Origin: Octopus sinensis
Lineage: Eukaryota
DNA: 64,000 nucleotides
Direction of reading: 5' to 3'
NCBI RefSeq assembly: GCF_006345805.1
Contig: NC_043006.1
Coordinates: 4,836,001-4,900,000, forward strand
The notes under the pieces were generated by a model, which worked only from the letters and a program-made list of their open reading frames with translations, did not search any database and was not told where the DNA came from. Of the stretch, positions 26,574 to 40,351 are shown one piece after another. How positions within the stretch are numbered: the first letter of the stretch is position 1; the number at the start of each line of letters is the position of its first letter. The position numbers were made by a program, and so were the translations under genes.

Positions 26574-27119
26574 TATATAATCGCTCTGGCTTCGTGCTGT
26601 ACAGTTACTTTATATTAAATCCCTTGTATCCAACTGCTGTTGTATGAAGGCTTCAAGGGAATCCATCCCACTTTTGACCGTGTGTAGAAGCGAGTATGTA
26701 TGTATGTATGTATGTATGTATGTATGCATGCATGCATGCATGTATGTATGTATGTATATATGTATGTATGCCTGAATGCATGCATGTATGTATTTATGTA
26801 TGAGATTTCTATCCATAGTTATTTGTAATAGCCACAGCCAGTTTCAAATTTCACGTAAAGTGTTCTCCATGAATAAATATCTTGGTTAGTTGAATTAAAA
26901 TGCGTCTTGTCATGTCCAATTTAGTATAGTTTCTAAATTGCTCCAAGGCATTTCAACTAATTAATTTAATACCTTCCTAACGACTCGGAGTATTTTTACT
27001 ACTTCAGACACAAAGTTATTTCCGGTTGCACATAAACTCGTACGATTCGTTCCCTTTGGGTGTTCTACTCGCTTTATATTCAGCTTCTTAGAGACACAGC
27101 TATTTGTGAAATGGTGCTC

Positions 27120-27466
27120 TCCTCGTCGAAACATAAACCTTCTTGAAACATAAACCTTCTCCTCGTCGAAACAAAACTCCGGAAGAAAACCAAAACTTTC
27201 AGATAGGGAGCGTCGGACTCTTACGCGAATTGTTAGAAAGGATCACAAAGTACAGCTCCCAAAATTACTGCAGAGCTTAATGACCACTTCGAGAACCCAG
27301 TTTCTACAAAACTGTTCACCGGGAGCTGCACAAAGCCGGATTTATTGGGAGGGTTGCAATCAGAAAACCACTACTTTCAAAAACAAACGTTGCAAAGCGT
27401 TTAAAGTGGAGTAAAAACCTGCAGAATTGGTCCCTAGAGCAGTGGAAGAATGTTATTTTCTCGGAC
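27120..27466 (+). mobile_element. Partial second copy of the same Tc1-like transposase, inverted
   Basis: 27160-27466 is a high-identity reverse complement of 25953-26260; a short scrambled duplication at 27120-27160. Confidence 0.92.
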
Positions 27467-27794
27467 CACTTCTATAAGCTGGCTGAAAAAGCCGGGAACA
27501 GTTGGTAAGATCTACCTGTATTTGAAGTTAATCATAAAAATATACTTATAGAGAAAATTTGGCACTTGTGATTCATTCTTCGCGTACTTGTATTTCGCAT
27601 AGACATTGGATATAGCATCAACTAATTTCTAATTACAGAGTACACTTAGTCAATAAACGCCTCGATTAAGTGACTTGCAGAGTGCCTTGTATGCATATAT
27701 GCGTCTAGTTACAATATACATAATGATAGCTGCCCACTTGCGACTGAAGAAGGCCATCACTGACTATTAAGAACATTGGGCATACACAGAAAAT

Positions 27795-28090
27795 TTATAC
27801 TTTACTCTTATGGCTCCGCTGGTAACTAATGAGCCAAGCTCTTGATAAACATACATGTCCGCAGATATTGCAGACCGAGCGTCTCCCATTCACTGCACCG
27901 GTTGAGCGTTTTCGAACAGCTCTCTTAAACTCAGGATAAAAAAAGCCTTCCCTCCCCACCACGAAAATATTTGCACGTTTCGATATCTGTTTCCTCCATC
28001 GATAGCGACGACATGCATTCCTTTTCCAGTTGATTTCGCTTATTTCACATACTTCCAATGAGGACTTTACACAATCCATAAATCGTAGTC
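27795..28090 (-). mobile_element. RTE-clade LINE ORF C-terminus (decayed)
   Basis: DCVKSSLEVCEI..NW...CRR.RWRKQI ... VCNICGHVCLSRAWLISYQRSH matches the RTE terminal RYKD.LK..L...W..A.DR..WR plus C2H2 finger pattern. Confidence 0.75.
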
Positions 28091-28394
28091 TTGGTTTCCG
28101 TTGGGGGTTGGAGATGGGGGTCGCCTTCTACAAACAAGTTCGCTATATAACATCTGCTTAGAAATCCTCCGATCATTCACATACCTACCTACACATGCGT
28201 ATGAGTAGTGAAAATCTAAAGTTCAAACAGTTAAATATTTAACTCGAAGCAGCTCCTTGCAAATCCAATGCAAGCATTCGGACATACATCCACCGGTCAG
28301 ATATAACTTTCGAGTTATAACATATCTGAATGTTATCTGTCACTAAAGCAAACTTTTGGCGGAAGGGCAAAATTGAAACTTGATAACTGTTTTA

Positions 28395-28600
28395 TGTGGA
28401 CCCAGCAGTTTTATGTGGAAGAGATTAGTTGATGCTACAGACCTCAATTCATGACTGGTACTTTATTTCATCGGCCCAAAAGGATGAAAGGCAAAGTTTC
28501 TCTCAGCGATATTTGAAACTAGAATATATTGAACCGGAAGAACTGCTGCATGGTATGTATGTTGTCTGTTAATCTAATGAATCTGCCAGTTCGCTGCCTT
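28395..28600 (-). mobile_element. SINE family A, highly diverged
   Basis: CTGGTACTTTATTTCATCGGCCCAAAAGGATGAAAGGCAAAG block and TCTGCCAGTTCGCTGCCT head. Confidence 0.55.
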
Positions 28601-30051
28601 AATCCAGCTTTATAATCAATATCAATTAATAAGGAGAAAAGCTAATACAAAATTTTCTATAACATCAATAAAGGAATTGGTATAGTTTTGTCCCTGATTC
28701 ACGCTTATCGAAAGCGTACCGGGCATGACCATCCTGACATTTTATACATAAAGGAGTATATTTTATTCATTGAAAGAATCTGGCTGCTTTTTCTAGCATG
28801 TCAACTCCCATTGGGGCTTTTAATGAAATGTTTTCATCAGCAGCAGCCAGGTTAGAAATAAAACTTCAATTATAGCAAAGTATAAGTCAACGGCACTTTT
28901 AATGTAACATAGCAACAACTGGCAACTGAAAACTGTGCCATTCTTACCATGTCTGTTAATAGGATATATTCCGAGTGAGGTTGGTAATAACCAGAGGAAG
29001 AGAAGTGGGTTACTACAACTGAGCCCTAAAGACAGAATATTTGACAGAATACTACTGAGACCAATGAAGAAGAAGAAGAAAGAAAAGAAACAAAAAGGAA
29101 AAAAGATTTAATAAATCTGATTATGGCTCCGAGTTTACAGCTGAACTGCTTTTTTCTTCAAATCTATGATCTAATTATAGTAACGTGATTGCCAACACTT
29201 TCGTATGCATATATTACTTAGACTCAGATACATTATTGTATGTGTGAGTGTGTTTGTATTTGTGTTCGCATGTGTGTAATGTGTGTATATGTACATGGTA
29301 CACGAATATATGACACACATAAGTACACGGGTTTATCATTTATTGAGTACTATTAATTTTGTGCGTAGCATAGAATTGCCAAGCAAACACAAAACTTTCA
29401 ATCCTATATGAGTGTATGTATGCGGATATAGATGTGTGCGCGTGTCTGTGGGTTTGTGTATAAGTATTGGTACGCGTTGTTAATATTTCTGTAGACGAAG
29501 ATTTGGTTTGTTTATTTTTATGGCTCGAGTAAACTGAAATGAAAGACAAGCAAGAATTCAGCAAATATTCCATTACGGAAGACTTATAACAATCATAACC
29601 TTGAACTAGATTCGAAAAGAAATCCAAATTGTTGTGAGACAAACTTTCATTCCTTCTACATGTCAAAGGTAATAGGAGACAGAAACTACCAAATCACAGC
29701 CCCGATCACATGTAGCAGCACATGTAGCAGCACATGTAGCAGCAACAGCCACTACAGAGATAACAACAGCAACATGAAGTAGGTTAGGAAAGAGAATTAG
29801 AACAACAAACACATTTACTCCGGCTAATGTTGCAGTCGATTGTGTCGCTGTTGTTGCTCTTTCTTCTAATATTTTGGGTTTTCGATGTTGTAGGTATTGC
29901 AGCTATTGTTGTTTCTGCAGCCGTTGCTGTTTTGGGCTGTTCCTTCTGTTTTTGCCTGTTACTGTTGCCGTGGACGTCGCTAGTGAAGACGCTGTTGTAT
30001 AACTGATACAGCTATGACTACCGATATCACCACTGCTGGACTGTTATTATC

Positions 30052-30825
30052 TGTTTCTTTATTACCCACAAGGGGACAAACAAGGACAGACAAACGGATT
30101 AAGTCGATTATATCGACCCCAGTGCGTAACTGGTACTTAATTTTATCGATCCCGAAAGGATAAAAGGCAAAGTCGACCTCGGCGGAATTTGAACTCAGAA
30201 CGTAGCGGCAGACGAAATACCTATTTCTTTTACTACCCACAAGGGGCTAAACACAGACGGGACAAACAAGGGCAGACAAATGGATTAAGTCGATTATATC
30301 GACCCCAGTGCGTAACTGCTACTTAATTTATCGACCCCGAAAGGATGAAAGACAAAGTCGACCTCGGCGGAATTTGAACTCAGAACGTAACGGCAGACAA
30401 AATACCTATTTCTTTTACTACCCACAAGGGGCTAAACACAGACGGGACAAACAAGGATAGACAAAGGGATTAAGTCGATTATATCGACCCCAGTGTGTAA
30501 CTGGTACTTAGTTTATCGACCCGGAAAGGATGAAAGGCAAAGTCGACCTCGGCGGAATTTGAACTCAGAACGTAACGGCAGACGAAATATCTATTTCTTT
30601 TACTACCCACAAGGGGCTAAACATAGAGAGGACAAACAAGGATAGACAAAGGGATTAAGTCGATTATATCGACCCCAGTGCCTAACTGGTACTTAATTTA
30701 TCGACCCCGAAAGGATGAAAGGCAAAGTCTACCTCGGCGGAATTTGAACTCAGAACGTAGCGGCAGACGAAATATCGCTAAGCATTTCGCCCTTTGTGCT
30801 AACGTTTCTGCCAGCTCGCCGCCTT
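30052..30825 (-). mobile_element. SINE family A concatemer: one head plus four units (period 185 nt)
   Basis: Marker ACCCACAAGGGG at 30064, 30235, 30420 and 30605; flanks CTGGACTGTTATTATC / CTCTACTGTAATTATC form a possible diverged TSD. Confidence 0.92.
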
Positions 30826-31193
30826 CTCTACTGTAATTATCATTATTACTTTAGTCCTCCAGAATAGAATTCATGAGTTTTAGGCTTTAAATAAATCAAT
30901 CTGGAGAAAATCGTACGAGACAAAAATGTTAAATCGTTTAGAAACAATGAAGGCAATAAAATGTACATCAAATGTTGAATCGTTGAGGCTGGGAAAAATG
31001 CGTATCTTTTTTTTTTTATAAGCAAGGAAATACTCTATTTGATTTTTTTATTGCAAGGAAATAATATATTGTGATATTAATGTATTTCCCTAATAGTTAT
31101 TTACATATCTAAGCCATATTTATTTATGCAGAAAAAGTAAAATATGTAAAGGAGATCTTTCTAAATTAGAAAACATAAAATTTTAAACAGTCT

Positions 31194-31297
31194 AGGAGTG
31201 GCTGTGTGGTAAGTAGCTTGCTTACTTCTACTATAGCCTCGGGCCGACCAAAGTCTTGTGAGTGGATTTGGTAGGCGGAAACTGAAAGAAAACTGTC

Positions 31298-31349
<52 letters not shown>

Positions 31350-31550
31350 GTGTATGTGTATGTTTGTCCCCCTAACATCGATGGACAACCGATACTGGTG
31401 TGTTTACGTCCCCGTAACTTAGCGGTTCGGCAAAAAGAGCCCGATAGAATAAGTACTAGGCTTACAAAGACTAAGTCCTGGGGTCAATTCGTTCGACTAA
31501 AGGCGGTGCTCCAGCATGGCCACAGTCAAATGACTGAAACAAGTAAAAAA
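31194..31550 (+). mobile_element. SINE family C with internal deletion
   Basis: Family C head and 3' body with internal microsatellite. Confidence 0.85.
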
Positions 31551-31790
31551 GTCTAATAGTCTAATTCTTTACAAAGCTACATTACTCTTCTGCAGGGAAT
31601 CTCTTCATATATTTACCGTTGCTCAACAAAAGCTTTTATGCTGAAATAGACTTAATTTCAAACGTTTTCCTTTTGACCTTGGTGATGATTGTTTCTTTTC
31701 GTCGCGTGTACTTATATGCAAACAGACAAGAATGTATTTTAATTAAGCTTATTGTACATTATAGATCCATACTCATTATACATCATTTTT

Positions 31791-32166
31791 GTGGAGGCGC
31801 AATGGCCCAGTGGTTAGGGCAGCGGACACGCGGTCATAGGATCGCGATTTCCATTCCCAGACCGGGCGTTGTGATTGTTTATTGAGCGAAAACACCTAAA
31901 AGTTCCACGAGGCTCCGGCAAGGGATGGTGGTGATCCCTGCTGTACTCTTTCTCTCACTCTTACTTCCTATTTCTGTTGTACCTGTATTTCAAGGGGCCG
32001 GCCTTGTCACTCTCTGTGTCACGCTGAATATCCCCGAGAACTACGTTAAGGGTACACGTGTCTGTGGAGTGCTCAGCCACTTACACGTTAATTTCACGAG
32101 CAGGCTGTTCCGTTGATTCGGATCAACCGGAACCCTCATCTCGTAACTGACGGAGTGCAAAGAGAG
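31791..32166 (+). mobile_element. SINE family B, full length
   Basis: tRNA-like head; TSD ACATCATTTTT at 31780-31790 and 32167-32177. Confidence 0.9.
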
Positions 32167-33293
32167 ACATCATTTTTATTTATTTATTAAAATAAATAGA
32201 TAAAATTAAATATTTTTCTAAAGTAATTTAAAACAGAGTCACGAAGTTAATTGCAGTTCTGCTAATAACCAAGTGACTTCTTAGGAATTGAAGAGAAATT
32301 AAATATTCCTCATTCTAAAGTGAATCAAAAATATGAATAGCATTTTCAAACGCATTATACATAAAGAAAGCTAGAAAAACTTTTCTCATTGAGTTATGTA
32401 AACATATTTTACTAAAAGATAATTTATAGACTTAGACAACTCTTAAATGTTAAAGTCAAACTGAAATGATTTCCAGTTGTGTGTATTTGTAAAAGTTCTT
32501 CCGTTTCTAAAATAAAATTACACTTTAAAAATGTAATTTTAAAGCACACAGCAGGTATTGAACTTGTAAATCTTACTCATACTTGTGACATCTGACAATG
32601 TTGTATGAAATATACTGTTTGATTATATTTGAGATAAGATCTAAATTTATCGCTTAGCCTTCAATGTATAGCTGAGTGCTTCTCGCATAGCTTAACCTCA
32701 CGTATTTAATTTTTCTTTTTCATAATCATAACTAACATAAGCCATATGAGAAACTTTCATTGTTCTTTTGTTATCAAATAACTATTTCGCATTTATTCTT
32801 GGTTTATCTTGAGATATTTTTTTCAGTTTTAGCTACACCATGTCATTCCAAGATTTGCAGTCAATAAAGAAAGGGTGTGTCCATATTTCTGAAGGTTCTT
32901 ATCCGCGAAACTAAAATACCGCAGCAGCTGATGGAATTGTTAGATATGGCTTTAAAACGGAATATAAAATAAATATAAAAAGATAAATCAAGTCATAAAT
33001 ATCCGTAATGAAATTTCAGCTATGACATTAGATTTGGGGAAGAGATATTATACGGTAAGTAGGAAATTAAGCGTTTTGAGTATTTCCACATCGAACCAGC
33101 CTGACTGTGTCCTAGAGACGTCAATGATAAGTCAATTTAGAAACAAAAAACCTCAATGGTAAGGTTTGAGAGGGTTGAAAAGTTGGGCGGAATGCTTTAT
33201 TTAAAAAAAAACGTTATTATTCTAATTCAATAGCATTCATTGCCTGCTGTTCACAGCAGGAAACTCTACGCCCTGAACAGAAGCAGAAATATA

Positions 33294-33324
<31 letters not shown>

Positions 33325-33709
33325 CACACACACACACACATCGTTTGTTATATTCATGTGTTATTATTGAGTAACCCCAAGTTAATCGCGATCTGTTAGA
33401 TCTACGGTACCCAGAGAAGTGATAAAGGAATTTGGTGTGCTCCCTACATACCAGTGCTCCAGGCGTGCCATATATCAATGTAGGACCATACTGTGGTCTC
33501 AGATGTGCCGTGTGTCAATCCGGGAATTTTACTGCTTTCCCCCTATCCAATCACTCCATGTATGTTCCATTAATAATTATAATCGAAGTGGATAAACTTA
33601 GGCTTCCACAGCTGCTGTCCTTCACAACTCACCAATTGTAGTGTACATCGCAACACACCGTTTGGAGTTAATGAATAAGATTATTAATGGCAGTGGTACT
33701 TCTCTAGGT

Positions 33710-33948
33710 AAGGCGGCGAGCTGGCAGAAACGTTAGCACGCCGGGCGAAATGCTTTGCAGTATTTTGTCTGCCGTTACGTTCTGGGTTCAAATTCTGCCG
33801 AGGTCGACTTTGCCTTTCATCCTTTCGGGGTCGATTAAATAAGTACCAGTTACGCACTGGGGTCGATATAATCGACTTAATCCGTTTGTCTGTCCTTGTT
33901 TGTCCTCTCTGTGTTTAGCCCCTTGTGGGTAGTAAAGAAATAGGTATT
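33710..33948 (+). mobile_element. SINE family A monomer
   Basis: Head plus one unit, ending in AAAGAAATAGGTATTTC (the concatemer junction sequence). Confidence 0.9.
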
Positions 33949-36238
33949 TCACTAGGTGTCTGTATTTGAGAGCGCCTGTCACCTGAAATATTACTTCTGT
34001 CAACATTTAATCTATCCAGGTAACCAATCAGCGCAACAGTTAGGAATCACGTGGATTACACTGTTGATTCGTTTGCTGCAATACTTTCGGCTTCCGTAAT
34101 ATCTTGAGTGAAATTACAGTATAAATTAATTTAAGAGAATAAAAAATAACGATAGTGGTTATAAATATTGAACTGTTTCAAGGCTGAAGTTAGGATATGA
34201 GCTGATGTTAATTATAGCAGAAAATATTTTGAACTTTTAGAATTTTTGAATTAAGTATGTCTACATAGTCGTACTAATGTTTCCATGTTATCAGACTATT
34301 TTGTGACAGGAATATCGAGTGATATTTATGAATTTCTGCTTAGAGTTTATAATATAAATGAATTTTTATTTTCTCTGGTCACATTGTTTCGTATCACATG
34401 ATGTGAAATACTTTGTGCTTCATCACGTGTTGTTGGTGTCATTTTTGTTTCTTTCTTTAGGATCAAACATTTACAACTTATAACACAGAGATATCACTCG
34501 TCAGTTGATATGTTTCAAATGTGATATCCAGTATTCTAACGTTGTTACTCTCCAAACAAAGCAACAAAACGTTAGGATGGTGTAACTGAAGAGGGTTCTG
34601 ATGCTAATACGAAGCCTTCTGCCAAAGGTAGTGAAGTTACGAGGTCGGCGAAGCAGACATTTCTCCATAAGATTTTTTTCTTTTACAATAAGATTTAGTT
34701 TCATGCCTAATCAAAAACAGTTAATATTATTCATTTTAGGGTTTGACCACCTTGAGATCAAATCTATTTTCAGATCATCGTATGATGCCTGTGTAATAAC
34801 ACATACTGTTTCAAACTGACTGAAACAAATCTGGTGCCTTATTTAAGCATAATCATTGCAAATTTCATGTTTTGGATAAAAAAAAATTGATCGTACTATT
34901 TTAGGTAAAATTTAAGGAAGATGTGTTGGAAGATACGCAGTGGTAGTGGAAATTTTGAACGGCGATAAAACAAACATTTTCAACATCATACATTTAAAAA
35001 GTTGCATTGTAGGATAGCTTTTTGGCGATCACAATTTCTCGGCTGAATATTTCTAGCATAAGAATTTCAAATATCGTTTTTAGAATAACAAAACTATAAT
35101 TCATCTCAAAGATTTTCTGATTAAAAAAAAAAAGTTGTTGGAAGGGTAAAGTATCTTACATGTTTGTGTCTAATTGAATCCTTCTGGGAGTTGTGTACAA
35201 TTTTAAGAGCTTTTTTTTATCCATGGGAGATTTGTTTTTACAGATAAGAACTTATTTTGGTTAAATTAAATTAAACTGAGATATGGAAGAAAAATATAGC
35301 ATAATCAATGACATATGGAGGAAAACCATTGCTATATAAAACTGAAGTGCTGGGAATAAGGTAGGGGTGCATATAGTTACTTTATGATATGCCAACTTAC
35401 ACTGGAGGGTATTGTGTGGGTACCATAAATTTGGAAAACAACTAAGTAAAAAAAAAAAAAGACATGCGTAGGTAACATGGCCACACAGCAATAATAATAG
35501 AAAATAGTACATTTAATCGATGTTGAAAAACGTATCTGGAAATGGAGTAAAGTATAAATTGTTCAAAAAGGAGCAGTCGTGTAAATACTTGTCATAGACG
35601 AGCAGAAACCTTTATGACATTTGTATCTTATTTTATTTTATCATTAGACGAGCTTTTGATAAAGTCAGTAGAGCATAAAATATATTTTTCTAGGTGAACA
35701 CCATTGGATTTTTTGTGTCTATCAAACATTTTTTAAAAATAGTATTCAAAGAAAATAAAGAAAAAGAACTTTGAGAGCAAAGTCTTACTGTATCCTATAA
35801 TTTCGGATGAGAATATTTTAACCCTTTTCTATTCGAATCTTACTATTCCACGATTAATTTTTGTCTTATTGTCAGAAGAAGTCAGTCTTTCGTCTTCTTG
35901 ATCAATTAATTTCTGAAAAGACAATTTAAATACAAGACTTGAAACTTGCCCGAGTCTATCCAGCGGACGTGTACGGGCTATTAATTCCCAGATGGATCAA
36001 ACGATACTAAAGCCACTTGACAATCAGTAGTTGAAATCTTTGCAATTCTTTAATCAAGAACTTCTCTTTTCACATTTTCTCTATTTTTTTCTATTTTATT
36101 TATGCGTAGTTTCACAAACACAGTTTATGTTATACTTAAACAGGAGTATAAGGAATACTTCAGTAATTGCCTAGCAGTATTTTTACCTCTCGATTCTGAG
36201 TTCATTTCGTCTTTTATTGTACATGAACTGATAAAATA

Positions 36239-36805
36239 TTGGGTTGTCCGGAAAGTCCGTGCCGATTTATAGCAGCTTACCTTTCGACTCATTTTAGAAC
36301 ATAGTTGAGTACATAAAATCTGATTTGACTACACCTCCAATTAGAGCTCAGTTTAAGCTGTCTTTTCGTAGAAGAAGGTTTATGTTCCTATAACCTGTGT
36401 TAATTTTTTAACCCTTTAAAATGGAAGATAAGAAAGTTCATTTTCGGCACTTGATGCTTTTGGGAACCAGAAAAAAATTGCTGCAGCTCGGCTGGGATGT
36501 GTTACCCCCACCCTACATATTCACCAGATATTGTTCCTTCAGATTTGTTATTCATGTCTCTGCAGAATAGTCTTAATGGTAAAAATTTCAATTCCTTGAT
36601 GATGTAAAAAGACACCTTTGATGAATTCTTTGCCATGAAACCACTTCAATTCTGCGAAGAGGGTATTTTCAAGTTAAAGGAAAGATGGAGACGCATTGTG
36701 CAACAAAATGGTTCGTATTTGGTTGATTAAAAAATGCAATGGCAAGTATTTATTGACCATATTTCTTTCCTTTAAAAATCGGCACAAACTTTCCGGACAA
36801 CCCAA
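36239..36805 (+). mobile_element. Internally deleted mariner element (567 bp)
   Basis: TA TSDs; TIRs TTGGGTTGTCCGGAAAGT..GTGCCGATTT. Retains the transposase start MEDKKVHFRHLML and C-terminal pieces WDVLPHPTYSPDIVPSD and FKLKERWRRIVQQNGSYLVD*. Confidence 0.92.
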
Positions 36806-37378
36806 TAGTACCAGTAATGTACGGTAATAATCTTGATTACTCTTTTCTCGCTTAAGATATCTGGTATTGAGTCAAATATATCACATTCTTATATTAACAA
36901 GGAATTGTTAATATTGGGTGATATTGAGTTTCTGATTTCAAATTTCATACTTGTCTGTGTCAAAGGTACCAATAATGTGGAATGACAGAAATGAAAGCAC
37001 CGGAACAAATATGGCAGTGTTGGCTTCATCGTTTACTTCTCCGTGATCAATGAAATAAGTGCAAGTCATTAGAGTTTATTCAATATTCTATACTTGCGTC
37101 GCACACACTTTGGACTTGAGCCGTAAATTCTTCTCAACTAACAACTTCAGTTTGGCATTTTTCATTTATCTTTGTATCATTACAACTATATAAACAACTG
37201 ATATTGTAATAGATATTAAGAGATATCATAATTTGATATAATATGATGAAAGTGCTCCATAGCTTAAAAAACAAAATGCCTTCTTTTGGTATTATATGGT
37301 ATATATTTATTTCTTCATTAGAAGGGAGACACATTCATGAATGCAATTGTTTGGTCAACAGAATGAATACTTCTGTTC

Positions 37379-37608
37379 AGGTGGCGAGTTGGCAGAAACG
37401 TTATCACGCTGGGCGAAATGCTTAGCGGTATTTCGTCTGCCGTTACGTTCTGATTTCAAATTCCGCCGAGGTCAACTTTGCCTTTCATCCTTTCGGGGTC
37501 GATTAAGTACTAGTTACGCACTGAGGTCGATATAATTGACTTAATCCATTTGTCTGTCCTTGTTTGTCCCCTCTGTGTGTAGCCCCTTGTGGGCAGTAAA
37601 GAAATAAG
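37379..37608 (+). mobile_element. SINE family A monomer
   Basis: Matches 33710-33948. Confidence 0.88.
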
Positions 37609-38560
37609 AATGAATACTTCATATGAAATTGAAATTCTTCTAGCTATCACTAGTTCGAGTCGCTGAGTGTTTATACCCCGCTCTACGTCTCCCGCCACAC
37701 TACAGAGGAATTTAGACATGTAGGTATATAGAAGGATCGATATAGTTAATATTTTTTCAAATGCGTTTCAGTTTCAGCATCAAAACTAAGAGATACAAAT
37801 TTAATACATGATTCGCATAGAGAAAATTTGTCACTACTTCGTCTATTCATAATTCTTTTACAGTTTTTCATAGAAAAGATGAACTCAATATGTGATATAT
37901 TTTATATTTATTTTATAGCGCAATCTTCCAGATTCATGAATATATTGTACAGTTGTATAATTTGAGACAACTCATATGGAACAAATTTGTTTTCACCAAT
38001 CTCTTCTTCCTCTGAAGTCCTAGTCTAATGTATTCATTCCGCGAAAATTTTTCTCTTAAAATAATACCTGATATTACTTTTGAAGCGCAAAACCTTATAA
38101 GCTTCGCGTTTTTGGAGATAATATGACAAAGTTGTTTTAATTTCCTGCCAATTCTAACGGCAGTTTAACTTGCAAAGTTCACTTCCTCAGAAGCATCGAA
38201 AGTTGTGATTTCCGTCCTAGCAGATGAAATTTTTAGATAATATACCCACACCATTTTAACACACGCACACGCACACACATGCACACACACACATGCATGC
38301 ACACGCACACGCATACACATGTGCACGCTCAGAGAGAAATTCGAATAGGATGTATTAGGATATTCACACACGTACAATAATTAGAGACAGACAGACAGAC
38401 AGAATGTTTTATGCATATTTACAGCCAGATATTCTCAGTCTCAGAAATTGAAATGGTTTAGAAACCATCTCCTATAAGCTCCTTATTTAGAATCTCATTT
38501 ATATTTATCAGCATGAATTAATACTATCCTGGGTAGATTCAAGAGTTGTGCGTATGTATG

Positions 38561-38594
<34 letters not shown>

Positions 38595-38690
38595 TGTATG
38601 TATGTATGTATGTATGTATTTCTGTATACTTCAACGGAGATACGTTTATGGTATGTGATATGTGTATATATATATGTATATGTATATATG

Positions 38691-38741
<51 letters not shown>

Positions 38742-38924
38742 TTATATATGCCTATATATATAAATATATATACGCCAGTTGAGTTCAATTCGTCTAAGTT
38801 GAAAGACGCTTATTGTTATGTCCTGTTATTATTATTATTGTTTTTTGTATTATATTCGTGTAATATCGTCCGTTTTTCTGTCCTTGTTTCGTATATATTC
38901 GATCCTTTTCCCCAGAAATCTAAT

Positions 38925-39082
38925 GCTTGTTTCCTTGGGGATGGCCTGATCGGAGCAATCTCAAGATTAATCAGCCGAAATTGCGAGGATGATCCGGTTC
39001 TTGACTGAAGATTAGAGGCTTCGAATGACCCGTCCGTGTTTTTTGTATCGTCTATTTGAATGTTTTGCGTTCTTGTCCCATT

Positions 39083-39087
<5 letters not shown>
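38925..39087 (+). repeat. Second copy of the 2655-2830 dispersed repeat, followed by (TA)n
   Basis: Shared core sequence. Confidence 0.7.
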
Positions 39088-39126
<39 letters not shown>

Positions 39127-39788
39127 TATATATAAATCTATATAACATGTGGTTGAATATTTATATGCTTTGTTAAATTTTGTAGATAAATATTCATGTA
39201 TTAACTTACACTTGTATTGCTTATTATAAGAATTCTTTGTTTACGATTAATATTTGAAAGTTAATTTAAGGATATACATTGTATTGACGGGAGATTAACA
39301 CGGTATATTTACCTAATCATTCGGTCTTCTATTAACTAACTATAACTGAAACGTAGAAATTCAAATTTGTTAACCAATTAGATATAGCTTATGATTAGAA
39401 ATAATCGCTCCCTAACTCCTAATTGTTTTAAAACTCTAAAATATTAATATATAGCATATAACATGGCTCTTATAGCTTTTCTATTATATCTTAACAAATG
39501 TTTTCTTATTATGAAATATTCTGTAAAAATATTCTGTGAAATCATATTAATTCGATGGATAAAGATATACTTATACGTATAATTTAACTGTGACGAAAAG
39601 AAAAAAATCCTCATATAGATATTGGTGTATATTCGATCCAACCCTGATCAGATGGGGAAACAAGTATTTGGCACTGGTTTAGCACCTTAGGAATAAAATG
39701 GGATATTTAATTTTCAATGGTCAGCTTCGGACAGGTGATAATACACGCAACAATACAAAGCTTGCTAACTGCAAAAAAACAACAAAAA

Positions 39789-39865
<77 letters not shown>

Positions 39866-40351
39866 TTGTGCATTTTAAAATTAATTCTATAATGCTACAG
39901 CAGGGTTAGCTGACGAAATTCTATAAATGGTAAAATTAGTCTGTGTAAAAAAGATACATGAAATAATTTTCAATAGCAGTGCATGCCTCATCATTTTTCT
40001 AGTTTAATATACTTCTTATTTGCTTCAAGTTAAGTTCAGTTCATAAATTATACACCTTAATTATCTATTAAAGTTAATTGTATGGTTGCTATAATACTTC
40101 TTAAATACGCAATTTTTTGCAGATGGTGAGAATGAAGTCTTCTAACTACATTTACTCAGAATTGCACAGTTAATTAGTATTGCAGGCCTTTAAATTAGGG
40201 TACATTTTCCCTATCTACATGAACTCTGCAATATATATAATTAGAAGTTGCCTTATAATTGTGTATTATATAAAAACCGTTTTTAACAGTTCTCCTAAAA
40301 ATTGGTAAAGACACTTTATTGTAGATATAGATATCGAGATGTAATACATAT

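Noticed and set aside
30052-30825. Regularly spaced repeats with a palindrome (GTCGATTATATCGAC) that superficially resemble a CRISPR array
   Set aside because: The whole 185-nt unit is repeated with no unique spacers, it is part of a SINE, and the DNA is eukaryotic with no cas genes.
31791-31870. tRNA-like sequences at the heads of SINE families B and D, and a B-box-like fragment at ~12660-12695
   Set aside because: No complete cloverleaf or acceptor stem, and the SINE heads run on into SINE bodies; they are not tRNA genes.
35844-35912. Minus-strand exon-like segments (here, ~29470-29655 and ~58460-58585)
   Set aside because: Short, weak on one border or containing a stop, and expected by chance in 64 kb; no consistent phase chain was found.
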